DNA from: Methanobacteriota archaeon
GTDB lineage: Archaea > Thermoplasmatota > Thermoplasmata > SG8-5
Reading direction: 5' to 3'
DNA length: 63,347 bases
Assembly: GCA_013791785.1 (NCBI GenBank)
Contig: VMTD01000005.1
Span: 1-63,347, forward strand
Shown here: positions 1 through 9,228 of the stretch, one piece after another
Numbering within the stretch: position 1 is the first letter of the stretch
How the letters are laid out: each line of letters begins with the position of its first letter
The notes under the pieces: model-generated
The model's database searches: none
What the model was told of the DNA's origin: nothing
The model's input: only the letters and a program-made list of their open reading frames with translations
Translations under genes and position numbers: made by a program

Positions 1-142
1 AATCGGCTCTCAAGGACAAAAATACTTCGTTTTTCATTTTTCACTTATCACTATTCACTTCAGCCAGTCAATAAGTCCGTAAATCTACAATCGAAAATCT
101 AAAATCTACAATCGTTATTGCTTCATTTCACTGAATACTTAC
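1..142 (+). mobile_element. MITE-A copy 1, cut by the window edge. Holds an inverted AGTGAAN-heptad arm (1-58), ATCTACA/ATCTAAA heptads, and a right terminal inverted repeat ending TTTCACTGAATACTTAC at 142.
   Basis: Bases 12-58 are the reverse complement of 34520-34566 with 1 mismatch. Bases 62-142 match the right halves of the copies at 23078-23218 and 54892-55166. Confidence 0.7.
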
Positions 143-294
143 TGCGGAATGAACCGCCCCATCGGAATCCTGTCAGGGCGATGAACTCATTTTGATGGCG
201 ATAAGATTTTCGGGGAAAAACTATTTCAATGTGTGGGGCTTTACCTCAAGTTAGCGAGGGATTGAGTTCCTTACATTGAATTAGGGAAATAAAC

Positions 295-657
295 ATGGCA
301 AACATCGCAGCTCTTGAGGAAATACTGGATGAGATTAAATCGTCCGGGGGCGTTACAGATGCAATACTGGTGTCCAGAAGCGGCATGCATATTGCGGGAA
401 AGGTTCCCAAGGGCGCCCACGCGGAAACCTTCGTTGCAATGTCCGCCATCATGCTCGGTGCTGCCGAGACTTCCACATCCGAACTCAAGGAAAAGCTCAA
501 AATCGTCACCATTCTTCTGGAACATTCCAAGGTGGCCATGGGCGTTGTCAGCCCGAAAGCGGTACTTGTTCTCAAGGCCAGCCTGGCCGATTCCGACGAC
601 AAGCTCATCGAGATTCTTAACACGTCCGTACAGAAGTTCGAGAAAGCACTCTCGTGA
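295..657 (+). CDS. Roadblock/LC7 (MglB-like) domain protein
   Basis: 120-aa ORF starting at ATG. The size and pattern (GVTDAILVSRSGMHIAG ... ETFVAMSAIMLGAAE) fit small Roadblock/LC7 proteins. Confidence 0.7.
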   Translation: MANIAALEEILDEIKSSGGVTDAILVSRSGMHIAGKVPKGAHAETFVAMSAIMLGAAETSTSELKEKLKIVTILLEHSKVAMGVVSPKAVLVLKASLADSDDKLIEILNTSVQKFEKALS

Positions 658-680
658 GCGCCTGTTCCGATTAATTTTCT

Positions 681-776
681 ATAATAAACGAGAAAGACCG
701 TTGCATGCCGTGCTTATATAATCAAAGTAAATCGAAGATTATGTTGCTTCGATTGATTAGGTATGCAACTTATTGT
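681..776. repeat. Structured module D, copy 1: nested hairpins GTTGCATGCC...GGTATGCAAC and AATCGAAG...CTTCGATT
   Basis: Aligns with 53544-53638. The stems are conserved and the loop differs. One stem position shows a compensatory change. Confidence 0.6.
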
Positions 777-850
777 GTGAACTTCCAGTCCCGAATCACA
801 TATTTGCGAATGTGGACATTAATGCCAGTCTTTAGGGTCTGGTAGTTTAC
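777..850. repeat. Hairpin element B, copy 1 (expanded interior): GTGAACTTCCAGTCCC...GGGTCTGGTAGTTTAC
   Basis: The termini match the 55-bp elements at 36816-36870 and 53639-53693. The terminal GTTTAC contains the TAA stop of the PHP gene. Confidence 0.6.
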
Positions 851-1509
851 ATTTTCTTGAACCCGCGCCCCATCCACTGGGTCACGGTGAGCGTCCGATC
901 CTTAAGTGTTCCAATGAGATTTCGGCTACGGCCCCTCGCCTTTGCCTCCCCGGAACGTATGGCCTTCAGGACCCCATCTTCGTCGGTCGCGTCTGGGATT
1001 GAAATGTATGCCCTGCCAATTGACTCCAGTTCATGGGAGTCGCTGCCGGCGGTCATGGGCAGCCCCATCTCCCAGCACAGTTTCCCTGCCATGGCATTTT
1101 CCCTTTTCGTGGAATGGGAATTGAGAACTTCAATGGCATCAGGCTTTATTTTTCTGACGCATTCCCAGCCGAGGCCCGACCAGTTTCTGTAGGGGTGGGG
1201 TATGACGGCCATTCCGCCCTGGGCACGGATATTTTCCAGTGTTTCTTCGGCGCTCAGGTCCCTCGGTACTTCTTCCCCGATTCCGATGGCCAGGATATGG
1301 CCGTCGGTAGAGGTGATTTCCATGCCCCTGAGCACTATTATGCCGAACTCGGCTGCTATCTTTCTCACCTCGGCATTGCCCTTCAGGGTGTTGTGGTCGG
1401 TGATGCACAGTCCGTCGAGCCCCAGTTTCCTGGCCTCCTTCAGAATCTGTCTGGGTGCGGCTTTTCCGTCGGTCGAATAATTGGAATGAAGATGCATATC
1501 TAGCTTCAT
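847..1509 (-). CDS. PHP-domain metal-dependent phosphoesterase
   Basis: N-terminal MKLDMHLHSNYSTDG and internal ITDHN, plus SDSH near the C-terminus, are typical PHP motifs. Its ATG overlaps the metG stop (ATGA). Confidence 0.8.
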   Translation of the reverse strand: MKLDMHLHSNYSTDGKAAPRQILKEARKLGLDGLCITDHNTLKGNAEVRKIAAEFGIIVLRGMEITSTDGHILAIGIGEEVPRDLSAEETLENIRAQGGMAVIPHPYRNWSGLGWECVRKIKPDAIEVLNSHSTKRENAMAGKLCWEMGLPMTAGSDSHELESIGRAYISIPDATDEDGVLKAIRSGEAKARGRSRNLIGTLKDRTLTVTQWMGRGFKKM

Positions 1510-3665
1510 TTTATCTTCGACCCGGGCCCGACGTTCTTGTCAGTGCCCACACTTGTTCCACTGACCTTGAAAGGATGATGCTGGCCGTCAGGTGATACGT
1601 ACTCCGCGTTCCTGTCCTGGCCTATCTGGAGCTGGAAAGTGGCGAAATCATTGATGGTCATCTGCGGTGCGGCGGACGTACCGTCAATCCTGTCCCCCGG
1701 CTTTGCATCCTGGGGGGGCGCGAGAAGGCTCACGACCTCCCCCTCGCTGGCTGCAAGTAACATGCCTTCCGACATGATGCCCCTGAGCTTTGCGGGCAGG
1801 AGGTTGCACATTACTATAATTTTCTTGCCGATGAATTCCTCCACAGTGTAATGCTTCTTCAGGCCTGCGCATAGCTGGCGGACGCCGTCGCCCACGTCCA
1901 CAGTAAGGACCAGCAATTTATCCGCATTGGGGTGGTCACCGGCTGTTTTTACTTCGGCCACTCTTAAATCTAGCTTGTCCAATCCCGATGATATCATGTT
2001 ATTTTCCTCCTTTGCTGGTTCAGTGACCTTAACCGGTTCCAGCGTATCCAGCCTCTTGAAAAGCGGTACCGGTTCGGAAAGTTCAAAGCCCACTTTCGGT
2101 TGCTTCAATGCATCCTCCCACGAAGCAGCCAGTACCTTCCCGTCCTCGCCCAGCGATTCCCACAGTTTCTGGGACGAGAAAGGCAGGTAGGGCGCCATCA
2201 TGACGGCCAGGGCCCGTGAAATCCACAGAGAATAGTAAAGCGTCGTTCCGCAGGCGTCCCTGTCCTGTTTTATCTGGCTCCAGGGCGCTTTCGTGTCTAT
2301 GTACTGGTTTCCGAACCGCGCCAGTTCCATGAGAACCTTGATGCCGTTCTTGAACTCGCACTTCTCCAGGTATTCAGCAGCATCATGATTGGCCTGCGCA
2401 ATCCTGGCCTCGACCTCTTTCTCTTCGTTGCCCGGAGATTTTGGCTCGGGTATTCGGCCGAAGTTCTTCCGGGTGAAGCTCAGTCCCCTGTGAACAAAGT
2501 TACCGTATGTGGCCACCAGCTCGCTGTTGTTCCTGGTGATGAAATCCTCCCAGGTGAAGTCCGTGTCCCGGCTCTCGGGCATGGTTGTGGACATGTAATA
2601 GCGCATGGCGTCCGGGTCATACTTCGCAACGATGTCCTTGATATCCACGGAAACGCCGCGGGACTTGGAGAACTGCTGGCCCCCGAATTTGAGGAAAGCG
2701 TTTGCCGGCACGTCATAAGGCAAATTGAGGCCCCAATCCAGGGATTTTATTACCGCCGGCCAGAATATTGTGTGGAACGGAACATTGTCCTTGCCCAGGA
2801 AGTAATAATGCCTGCATTCGGGATTCTTCCAGAAACTGTCCAATTTTTTCTGGTCGCCGGCGGCCCATTTCACCGCCATGGTATAATAGCCCATGAAGGC
2901 CTCGAACCAGACATAAATCCTTTTGTCATCATGCCCCGGAAGCGGGATTTTGATGCCGTAGGTTGTATCTCTGGTAACCGGGCGGTCCTTCAGCCCGTTC
3001 TCGAGATACATCCTGGAGAAATTGAGAACATGAGTCCGCCAGTAATCCTTATCAGACATCCATTTTTTTAGAGGCTCTTCCTGTGCGCTGAGCTTGAAGA
3101 AGAAATGCGTGCGCTTGACGAATTCCGGCGTGGTTCCGCAGGTGATGCACCTGAGTCCGATGAGCATGTCCGGGTCCATGAGCTTGCCGCATTCCTCGCA
3201 CTGGTCACCTCTCGCATTCTGGAAATGGCAGAACGGGCATTCCCCTTCCACATAACGGTCCGGCAGAGTCCGATCGCATTTCGAACAGTAGGGCAGTTCC
3301 ATCTCCTTCTCGTAGAGGAAGCCGTTCTCGTGAAGCCTCAGGAAAAGTTTCTGGACGGTTTCGATATGTGTCGCGTCGTCCGTGCTGTGGTACTCGTCGA
3401 ACTCCACTCCGAAGTCCTTGAAGGCCTTGACATTCATCAGGTGATATTTCTGGGCCAGTTCTCCCGGTTCCATGCCCTCTTTCTCCGCTTTCACGGTTAC
3501 CGGCGTACCGTGCATGTCGCTGCCAGACACCATGAGAACTTCATTTCCTCTCATGATGTGGAATTTACGGAATATGTCCGGCGGCAGGTTGCAGCCTGCC
3601 ATGTGACCCGCGTGAATGGGGCCGTTGGCGTAGGGCCATGCGACCCCGATGAATATCTTTGCCAT
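1506..3665 (-). CDS. metG: Methionyl-tRNA synthetase with a C-terminal Trbp111/EMAP-like tRNA-binding domain
   Basis: HIGH-type motif PYANGPIHAGH, KMSKS-type FSKSRG and Cys-knuckles CPFC/CEEC. C-terminal LDLRVAEVKTAGDHPNADKLLVLTVDVG. Start set at the internal ATG (MAKIFIGV), not the 837-aa ORF start that runs into the upstream gene. Confidence 0.93.
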   Translation of the reverse strand: MAKIFIGVAWPYANGPIHAGHMAGCNLPPDIFRKFHIMRGNEVLMVSGSDMHGTPVTVKAEKEGMEPGELAQKYHLMNVKAFKDFGVEFDEYHSTDDATHIETVQKLFLRLHENGFLYEKEMELPYCSKCDRTLPDRYVEGECPFCHFQNARGDQCEECGKLMDPDMLIGLRCITCGTTPEFVKRTHFFFKLSAQEEPLKKWMSDKDYWRTHVLNFSRMYLENGLKDRPVTRDTTYGIKIPLPGHDDKRIYVWFEAFMGYYTMAVKWAAGDQKKLDSFWKNPECRHYYFLGKDNVPFHTIFWPAVIKSLDWGLNLPYDVPANAFLKFGGQQFSKSRGVSVDIKDIVAKYDPDAMRYYMSTTMPESRDTDFTWEDFITRNNSELVATYGNFVHRGLSFTRKNFGRIPEPKSPGNEEKEVEARIAQANHDAAEYLEKCEFKNGIKVLMELARFGNQYIDTKAPWSQIKQDRDACGTTLYYSLWISRALAVMMAPYLPFSSQKLWESLGEDGKVLAASWEDALKQPKVGFELSEPVPLFKRLDTLEPVKVTEPAKEENNMISSGLDKLDLRVAEVKTAGDHPNADKLLVLTVDVGDGVRQLCAGLKKHYTVEEFIGKKIIVMCNLLPAKLRGIMSEGMLLAASEGEVVSLLAPPQDAKPGDRIDGTSAAPQMTINDFATFQLQIGQDRNAEYVSPDGQHHPFKVSGTSVGTDKNVGPGSKIK

Positions 3666-3724
3666 GATACCGCCAATATGGGGATAGGATTTAAAATTAT
3701 TCGAGGTCCGTTCGCACGGAAAAA

Positions 3725-4870
3725 TCAGCGCAGTGCTTCCCTTGCGATGACCATACGTTGAACTTCGCTGGTTCCCTCGTAAATCTCGGTTATCTTTGCC
3801 TCGCGATAGAAACGTTCCACGGCGTAATCCTTGGTGTATCCGTAGCCGCCGTGTATCTGAACGGCGTCGTTCGTCACTTCCCTGGCAATCCTGGAAGCGT
3901 ATAATTTGGCCATGGCGCTTTCCTTGGTGAAATTCTTCCCGGAGTCCTTCAGCCAGGCTGCCCTGTGTACCAGGAACCGCGCCGCAGAGACTTTGGTGGC
4001 CATCTCGGCCAACATCCACTGTATGGCCTGGAATTTGCCGATGGGGCGGCCGAACTGTTCTCTCTCCTTGGCGTATTTCACGGCCTCGTTCAGTGCGCCC
4101 TGGGCTATGCCAACGGCCTGTGCGGCGATACCCATTCTGCTGGCATCCAGCGTCGCCATTCCTAAATTGAAACCCCTGCCTTCTTCACCCAGCAAGTTTT
4201 CCTTTGAAATTCTGCAATTCTCAAAAACCAATTCCGTGGTGGCCGAGGCCCTTACTCCCATTTTATCCTCAATGGACCCGTAAGTGAAACCGGGGGTTCC
4301 TTTTTCCACAATTAATGCACTGAGTCCCTTTGTGCCCTTGGAGAGATCGGTGGATACTATCACAACAAGGATGTCAGCCTCCGAGCCAGAGGTGATGAAA
4401 ATCTTGTTGCCATTCAGTACATATTCATCTCCATTAAGAACGGCCGATGTCCTCACAGCACCTGCATCCGAACCAGCCCCCGGTTCGGTGAGGGCAAAAC
4501 CGCCCAGCTTCTGGCCTTTGGCCAGTGGGCGTAGAAATTGCTCTTTCTGGGCATCAGTGCCAAATTTATATATTGGGTAGCAACAGACTGAATTATGAAC
4601 CGCCATGATAACGCTGGTGGAACCGCAAACTTTGGCAATCTCCTCGATGGCCATCATGTAGGAGATGTCATCTATACCCGCGCCGCTCCATTCCTGCGGG
4701 ACGGTCATGCCCATGAGGTTGAGCGAGCCCATCTTGCGAATTATCTCCCAGGGGAACTCACCGCTGGCATCCAGTTCCTGGGCTACGGGTTTAATTTCCT
4801 TCTCGGCAAAGGCCCTGACCATGTTGCGGACCATGAGCTGTTCCTTGGTGTGGTCGAAGTTCATCGACAT
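3725..4870 (-). CDS. Acyl-CoA dehydrogenase (short/medium-chain type)
   Basis: GGFALTEPGAGSD and C-terminal YEGTSEVQRMVIAR motifs, about 380 aa. The first ATG is at 4870 (the ORF-track start at 4879 is TTG); the ATG at 4864 is also possible. Confidence 0.9.
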   Translation of the reverse strand: MSMNFDHTKEQLMVRNMVRAFAEKEIKPVAQELDASGEFPWEIIRKMGSLNLMGMTVPQEWSGAGIDDISYMMAIEEIAKVCGSTSVIMAVHNSVCCYPIYKFGTDAQKEQFLRPLAKGQKLGGFALTEPGAGSDAGAVRTSAVLNGDEYVLNGNKIFITSGSEADILVVIVSTDLSKGTKGLSALIVEKGTPGFTYGSIEDKMGVRASATTELVFENCRISKENLLGEEGRGFNLGMATLDASRMGIAAQAVGIAQGALNEAVKYAKEREQFGRPIGKFQAIQWMLAEMATKVSAARFLVHRAAWLKDSGKNFTKESAMAKLYASRIAREVTNDAVQIHGGYGYTKDYAVERFYREAKITEIYEGTSEVQRMVIAREALR

Positions 4871-4887
4871 CCGAAACAACTCATGTG

Positions 4888-4899
4888 TTAAATATATTA
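4888..4899 (-). promoter_or_regulatory. TATA-like box about 24 nt upstream of the acyl-CoA dehydrogenase ATG; implies a leaderless or near-leaderless mRNA
   Basis: The minus strand reads TAATATATTTAA. The spacing matches other genes in this window. Confidence 0.35.
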
Positions 4900-4908
4900 C
4901 ATCGAAAG

Positions 4909-5085
4909 GTAAGAGTTCAGTCTTCTGAAATTTTAGATTTTAGATTTTAGATATTTGCAGGAATACGCCCATCCGTATTTTAGATTTTAGATTTTAGATA
5001 TTTGCAGGAATATGCAACGCCGTCAATCCGTCGTAAATCTACAATCGTCAATCTACAATCTACAATCGTTTCGCTGAATGCTCAC
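4909..5085 (+). mobile_element. MITE-A copy 2, with a perfect 8-bp target-site duplication ATCGAAAG (4901-4908 and 5086-5093)
   Basis: Left end GTAAGAGTTCAGTC, right end CGCTGAATGCTCAC (imperfect TIR). The interior holds two (TTTTAGA)3 blocks, a duplicated core, and ATCTACA heptads. Confidence 0.85.
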
Positions 5086-5093
5086 ATCGAAAG

Positions 5094-8000
5094 TTAAGGT
5101 TCGCGCCACCTGGCCTTCCACACCACCAGCGCGGAGAATGCGACCACCGTGACAATCAGCACGAGCCAGTGCAGCATGAAGGCCGTGGGGTTCATGACAG
5201 TTTCACCCGCATCGGTCGCATGGCGGATTATGGCCGCGGCATCGGACGTCGGCAGAATATGGTCTATTGCATATTCGGTTCCACGGGTTTCGGATTGGGG
5301 TTCGGCATCCTCGCTCATCAAATCATTGGGTGGCTGCACAGAATTTGACATTGTCCATGTGCAATCCGATGTCACATGCACCCAGTAAGCATTGCCCGGA
5401 GACATGGTCACTGAGGAGAGATCGCTGAAGTCCTGTATCCACGGGGATGTTGATTGATACACTGACACCATATCCGCACTTGTGCCTTGAAGAGCATCCA
5501 AGGCCAGCTCCGGCAATATGGACGGATACCCCACCATATTCCATCCTGTGTATAGTTGAATCTGCACTTCCTCAGTTGGGTAGTAGCCCATGATGCCGGT
5601 GGTCAACATCTTGTCCCCGCCATTGGCAGTGAGCTTAATCCAAACGCCCATCTGGTTGTCGATGGTAAAGAGGGTGTTGGTTGTGCTGCCATGCCTGTAG
5701 GTCTTCCAGGTCTTGGTTACGCCATCATACCACTTGGCAACGCTCCATGTTGTGTTTCCATCGCCGTAAACCGTGTCGTTCAGTATGTCCTGAATATTGC
5801 CACTGATGGCTATGGGAAAAGATATGAATGCCCAACTGTCACCTGCGTAACTAGACAGATCGATGAGATAGGGTGCTTCGACAGTCTCTTTTGTGACGGT
5901 TACGGTATCCATTGCAGTGTTGTTGTAAATATCTGAGGCCTCTGCCTCTATGATTACCTCACCGTCCGGTACGGTTGTGCTGTCCCATTGATATACCCAT
6001 TTTCTGAGGAAATGGTCATAAGTTGCCTCTACCGGATCGCCCTTGTTAATGTAAATCCTGACGCCCGTTATGCCACTGGAGTCTCCTGCCTCCACTGTTA
6101 TATTGACCGTTCCACTTACCGTGGAGGAATTTGCTGGATAAGTTATAGAGATAAATGGAGGTAATTGATCAGTGGGTATGGCTATAGCAGTCTTTTCGAT
6201 TGTGTTGTTCTCGTTGCCGCTTTTATCGATGGCAGTGACGGCAAAGTGGTACAGGATATAATTCTCCAGACCGTATATTTCCCAATATGTTGCTCCAGCA
6301 TCGTCCTCGGGAGAGAGGGGATAGTATGTGGCCTCTGCCGTATCGGTGAAATTCCCAGTACTGTAATAAAGTTTGTACCCTGCCAGGTCATTTTCGCTAT
6401 TGGGTAGCCAGGAGACATTCACGATTCCTCCCTGTTGGAGATCGGTCGCCTCGACGTCCTGAACCGGGGCCGGGGGCATTGTATCAACAGTGGTACACCA
6501 CGCTTCTATGGAACTTGGACCCTCGTTGCCTGCAAAATCCATGGCCGTAACAATATAGTAATATGTGGTATCCCTGGTAAGTCCTTGATCCAGGTAGGAG
6601 TTTGTGGTGGCGTTGGCCACGTGCTCATAAGGGCCTCCGGGAACCAGGGCACGATAGACAAGGTACTGGCAAAGGTCAATTTCGATGTTCGCATCCCATA
6701 CGAGGGCAAGGCTCTCTCCCTCAACTCCAGATACCACTTGAAGGCCTGCAACTTGGCCAGGGGATGTTCTGTCTCTGGTGCCGTATATTGTGACATCGTC
6801 AATCCAGAATCCCGTGGAATTTTGTGTCTTGTTTGTGTAAAGGTTGAAAGCCACAATAGCTTCCTTGTGCAGATAGGGAGTGAGATCAATTTCGAATTGC
6901 CACCACCCAGAATAGCTGCCTGTAAGTCCGCCATAATAGTCCCAATTTTCCCCTTCGTCCATGGTTATGCCTATGAATAGGTAGTCACTGGCATATGCGT
7001 GCCCGGTGAGCAGGAACCGGAGCCTGGCTGCCTCCGCGGTCCTTAGGTCGAACGAATGCATGAGATATTCGTCCATGGAGCCGCCGTATTGGCCCGAGAC
7101 GTCGGAGCCGCACCACCAACTGGTGTCGTATGAGTAGTAATCATTGTTCACCTGGTGCCAGTTGGGCTGCACCGGGCTTGTTGTCGTCCAACCGTTCAGG
7201 CCGGATTCCATGTCGTCGAAGAAGAAGATGGAGGCTACCTCTACCTCGTCTATGTACATGCCCTCCCGGGTCATGCTGTAATCGCTATTGAACCAGAAGC
7301 GGATTGTCACAGAGGAGGCACCGCAGAACCCGTCCAGCGAGAGATGGCCGGTGTACCACCATGTTCGCGCCATGATGTCCGGGTCCTCACCGTCATACTG
7401 CCACTCATCATCGCCGTCATTGAGTATCAGAATCGGTGTCCATGCTGTGTCCGTGGAGCGCTTGACTGATACATTGAAAACATCGTAATAATCCTCTGCA
7501 TCCATCCAGTAGATGAAACTGAGGTATGCGTTCGTGTAGCCTGTCAGGTCGACGGTTGTGTCGGCGTAGGTATCCATGTAGTTGTCATAGGACTTTCCGT
7601 AGCCTGTGACCTTTATCTCGTCGATGTACCAGCCCTCCCTGGCGACGCTACCGTCGCTCTCCATGAGGAACATGAGGTATATCTCTGAACCATCGTAGGC
7701 GGAGAGGGATAATGTTTTCGCCTCCCACTTGCAGGCATTCGCATCGTAATCGTTCGGGTCGTAGCCGTTGTCCCTGATTCCCGCATCGGCAGTGTTCCCA
7801 TATGTTGCCAGGGTCGTCCATTCCGGCCCGTCAACCGTGGTTGGAGGAGTTGTGGATACTTTCACATAGGCAAGGTCATAGAAATCCTCCAATGCAAGCC
7901 ATTGCTGGAATGTCAACTCACAGCCAGTGTTGGCTGTGAGATCAAGCGTTGTTATCATGTAGGAACTCATGCTGCTACGATACTGCGGGCCTGTTCCTGT

Positions 8001-9218
8001 CGCCCTCACATCGTCAATGTACCAACCGGGGGCGCCCCCCGAATCGTCAGTCCCGAGGCCGAACCTTATCCCGACATTATTCTTTCCCGCGCATGGGTTC
8101 AGGTTGGCAATTATATTCCTCCACGCAAGATTGTCGTAGCAGTATGCTGCGTAACCGCCCAGAGGATTCCCGTAGCTGGTGCTCAGTGCCGCGTCGTAAT
8201 ACGGTGAAGGGTTGGTCGACGGTGTATTCACATGATACCAGTTCCCGCCGGTCCTGTTCTCGATTATGCCGCCGTCCCAATTGCTCGCCGTTCCCTCGAA
8301 ATCGGTATATTGATAATAATTGAGGGAGAGGGTAGAGTATCCCCGAGCATCTAAAACCGGTAATTTTAGGAATGAATCCTCGCTGTCAGCATAGTTGCCA
8401 GCCAGGTTCGTGCCCCAGCAGTTCGTACCGGAGCGGGGTGCAGGTCCCACTGTAGGGTTGCCGAGGGCCCAGCTGTCAGCGGTCCCGGTGTATATGCCAT
8501 GTGTCCAGCCAGTAGCGCCGGATTCCAGGGCATCTGCGAAGAGCGTGTTCGTTCCGGTTCCGGGACTCGTTCCGGCGACATGGTAGCTGTAGTTGCCGGA
8601 ATATGTCTTGTTGGAGCTTCTGGCCCATGAGGCTGGCACATCGGCAGGGTCTGCGTCGCCAGTCCCCCAGAAATAGCCGATGGGGTATTCAGCGGTGTCG
8701 TAGAATATGGTATGCTGCTGGCCAGCCACCGCCCCGACGCCGGCACAGTAGAGGCTGTAATCCCCGTAACCCGGCCTGTCCGCGGTCGCAGCCCAATAAT
8801 CGTATCCGGAGGCCGAGTTCAGGTCGGCTATGGTCCATCCGTCGGTGCCGGATTCGAAATCATCGTAGAATATGTAGGAATCCTCGGGGGCGCGGGTTGA
8901 GCGTGTTCCTGACATGGATTCACGCTGGGGAATTGGATGTGGCCTGAAACTTATATCTTCCGAAGCAGGATACGCTGCCGAACGCAATCCCGGATTGGTT
9001 TCCTGCTGGACAGAAATCGATGTGGACTCACCAAGTGTTCTGGCATCAGGATTCTGGACGCTTGGAATATATGGTTCACCCGTGACCCCTGAGTCTAAAG
9101 GTGCTGTTTCCAGAGAAGATGATTTTTGCAATGCTGTTGTTGCAGGAAATGCAGCCATTGAAAGCAGGGCTATGACTACAAGTGAGGACATCACTGCAAC
9201 GATAACAGTCTTTCTCAT
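5094..9218 (-). CDS. Giant secreted surface protein (1374 aa): signal peptide, about 5 MAM/jelly-roll-like modules, 2 FN3, an Ig-like domain, a C-terminal beta-rich domain and a TM anchor
   Basis: Start at the ATG for MRKTVIVAVMSSLVVIALL, 10 nt after the upstream stop. Recurrent GWYIDDV / GWYIDEIKV / GMYIDEVEV / GFWIDDVTIYG module ends. FN3 signatures (YLVYRA...TTYYYIVTAMDFAGNEG). The last ~50 aa are almost identical to the ABC-2 permease C-terminus. Confidence 0.85.
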   Translation of the reverse strand: MRKTVIVAVMSSLVVIALLSMAAFPATTALQKSSSLETAPLDSGVTGEPYIPSVQNPDARTLGESTSISVQQETNPGLRSAAYPASEDISFRPHPIPQRESMSGTRSTRAPEDSYIFYDDFESGTDGWTIADLNSASGYDYWAATADRPGYGDYSLYCAGVGAVAGQQHTIFYDTAEYPIGYFWGTGDADPADVPASWARSSNKTYSGNYSYHVAGTSPGTGTNTLFADALESGATGWTHGIYTGTADSWALGNPTVGPAPRSGTNCWGTNLAGNYADSEDSFLKLPVLDARGYSTLSLNYYQYTDFEGTASNWDGGIIENRTGGNWYHVNTPSTNPSPYYDAALSTSYGNPLGGYAAYCYDNLAWRNIIANLNPCAGKNNVGIRFGLGTDDSGGAPGWYIDDVRATGTGPQYRSSMSSYMITTLDLTANTGCELTFQQWLALEDFYDLAYVKVSTTPPTTVDGPEWTTLATYGNTADAGIRDNGYDPNDYDANACKWEAKTLSLSAYDGSEIYLMFLMESDGSVAREGWYIDEIKVTGYGKSYDNYMDTYADTTVDLTGYTNAYLSFIYWMDAEDYYDVFNVSVKRSTDTAWTPILILNDGDDEWQYDGEDPDIMARTWWYTGHLSLDGFCGASSVTIRFWFNSDYSMTREGMYIDEVEVASIFFFDDMESGLNGWTTTSPVQPNWHQVNNDYYSYDTSWWCGSDVSGQYGGSMDEYLMHSFDLRTAEAARLRFLLTGHAYASDYLFIGITMDEGENWDYYGGLTGSYSGWWQFEIDLTPYLHKEAIVAFNLYTNKTQNSTGFWIDDVTIYGTRDRTSPGQVAGLQVVSGVEGESLALVWDANIEIDLCQYLVYRALVPGGPYEHVANATTNSYLDQGLTRDTTYYYIVTAMDFAGNEGPSSIEAWCTTVDTMPPAPVQDVEATDLQQGGIVNVSWLPNSENDLAGYKLYYSTGNFTDTAEATYYPLSPEDDAGATYWEIYGLENYILYHFAVTAIDKSGNENNTIEKTAIAIPTDQLPPFISITYPANSSTVSGTVNITVEAGDSSGITGVRIYINKGDPVEATYDHFLRKWVYQWDSTTVPDGEVIIEAEASDIYNNTAMDTVTVTKETVEAPYLIDLSSYAGDSWAFISFPIAISGNIQDILNDTVYGDGNTTWSVAKWYDGVTKTWKTYRHGSTTNTLFTIDNQMGVWIKLTANGGDKMLTTGIMGYYPTEEVQIQLYTGWNMVGYPSILPELALDALQGTSADMVSVYQSTSPWIQDFSDLSSVTMSPGNAYWVHVTSDCTWTMSNSVQPPNDLMSEDAEPQSETRGTEYAIDHILPTSDAAAIIRHATDAGETVMNPTAFMLHWLVLIVTVVAFSALVVWKARWREP
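5098..5249 (-). repeat. Direct repeat copy 1 of the permease 3' end; partner at 15637-15788
   Basis: Hand alignment gives 141/152 identical, with only 3 mismatches in the first 100 nt. Same orientation, and in frame in both genes. Confidence 0.9.
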
Positions 9219-9228
9219 CCTACCACCA

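Noticed and set aside
3666-4019. N-terminal 118-aa extension of the metG ORF (837-aa ORF, 1506..4019)
   Set aside because: The extension overlaps the acyl-CoA dehydrogenase gene in another frame and is Arg/Gly-rich nonsense-like sequence. The canonical MetRS N-terminus begins at the ATG at 3665.
4929-5070. Tandem short repeats (TTTTAGA and ATCTACA arrays, also at 20260-20360, 23098-23190, 32070-32160 and 35370-35500) that could look like CRISPR arrays at first glance
   Set aside because: The units are 7 nt with no unique spacers between them. The arrays are only 3-5 units long, sit inside TIR-bounded elements, and no cas genes are present.
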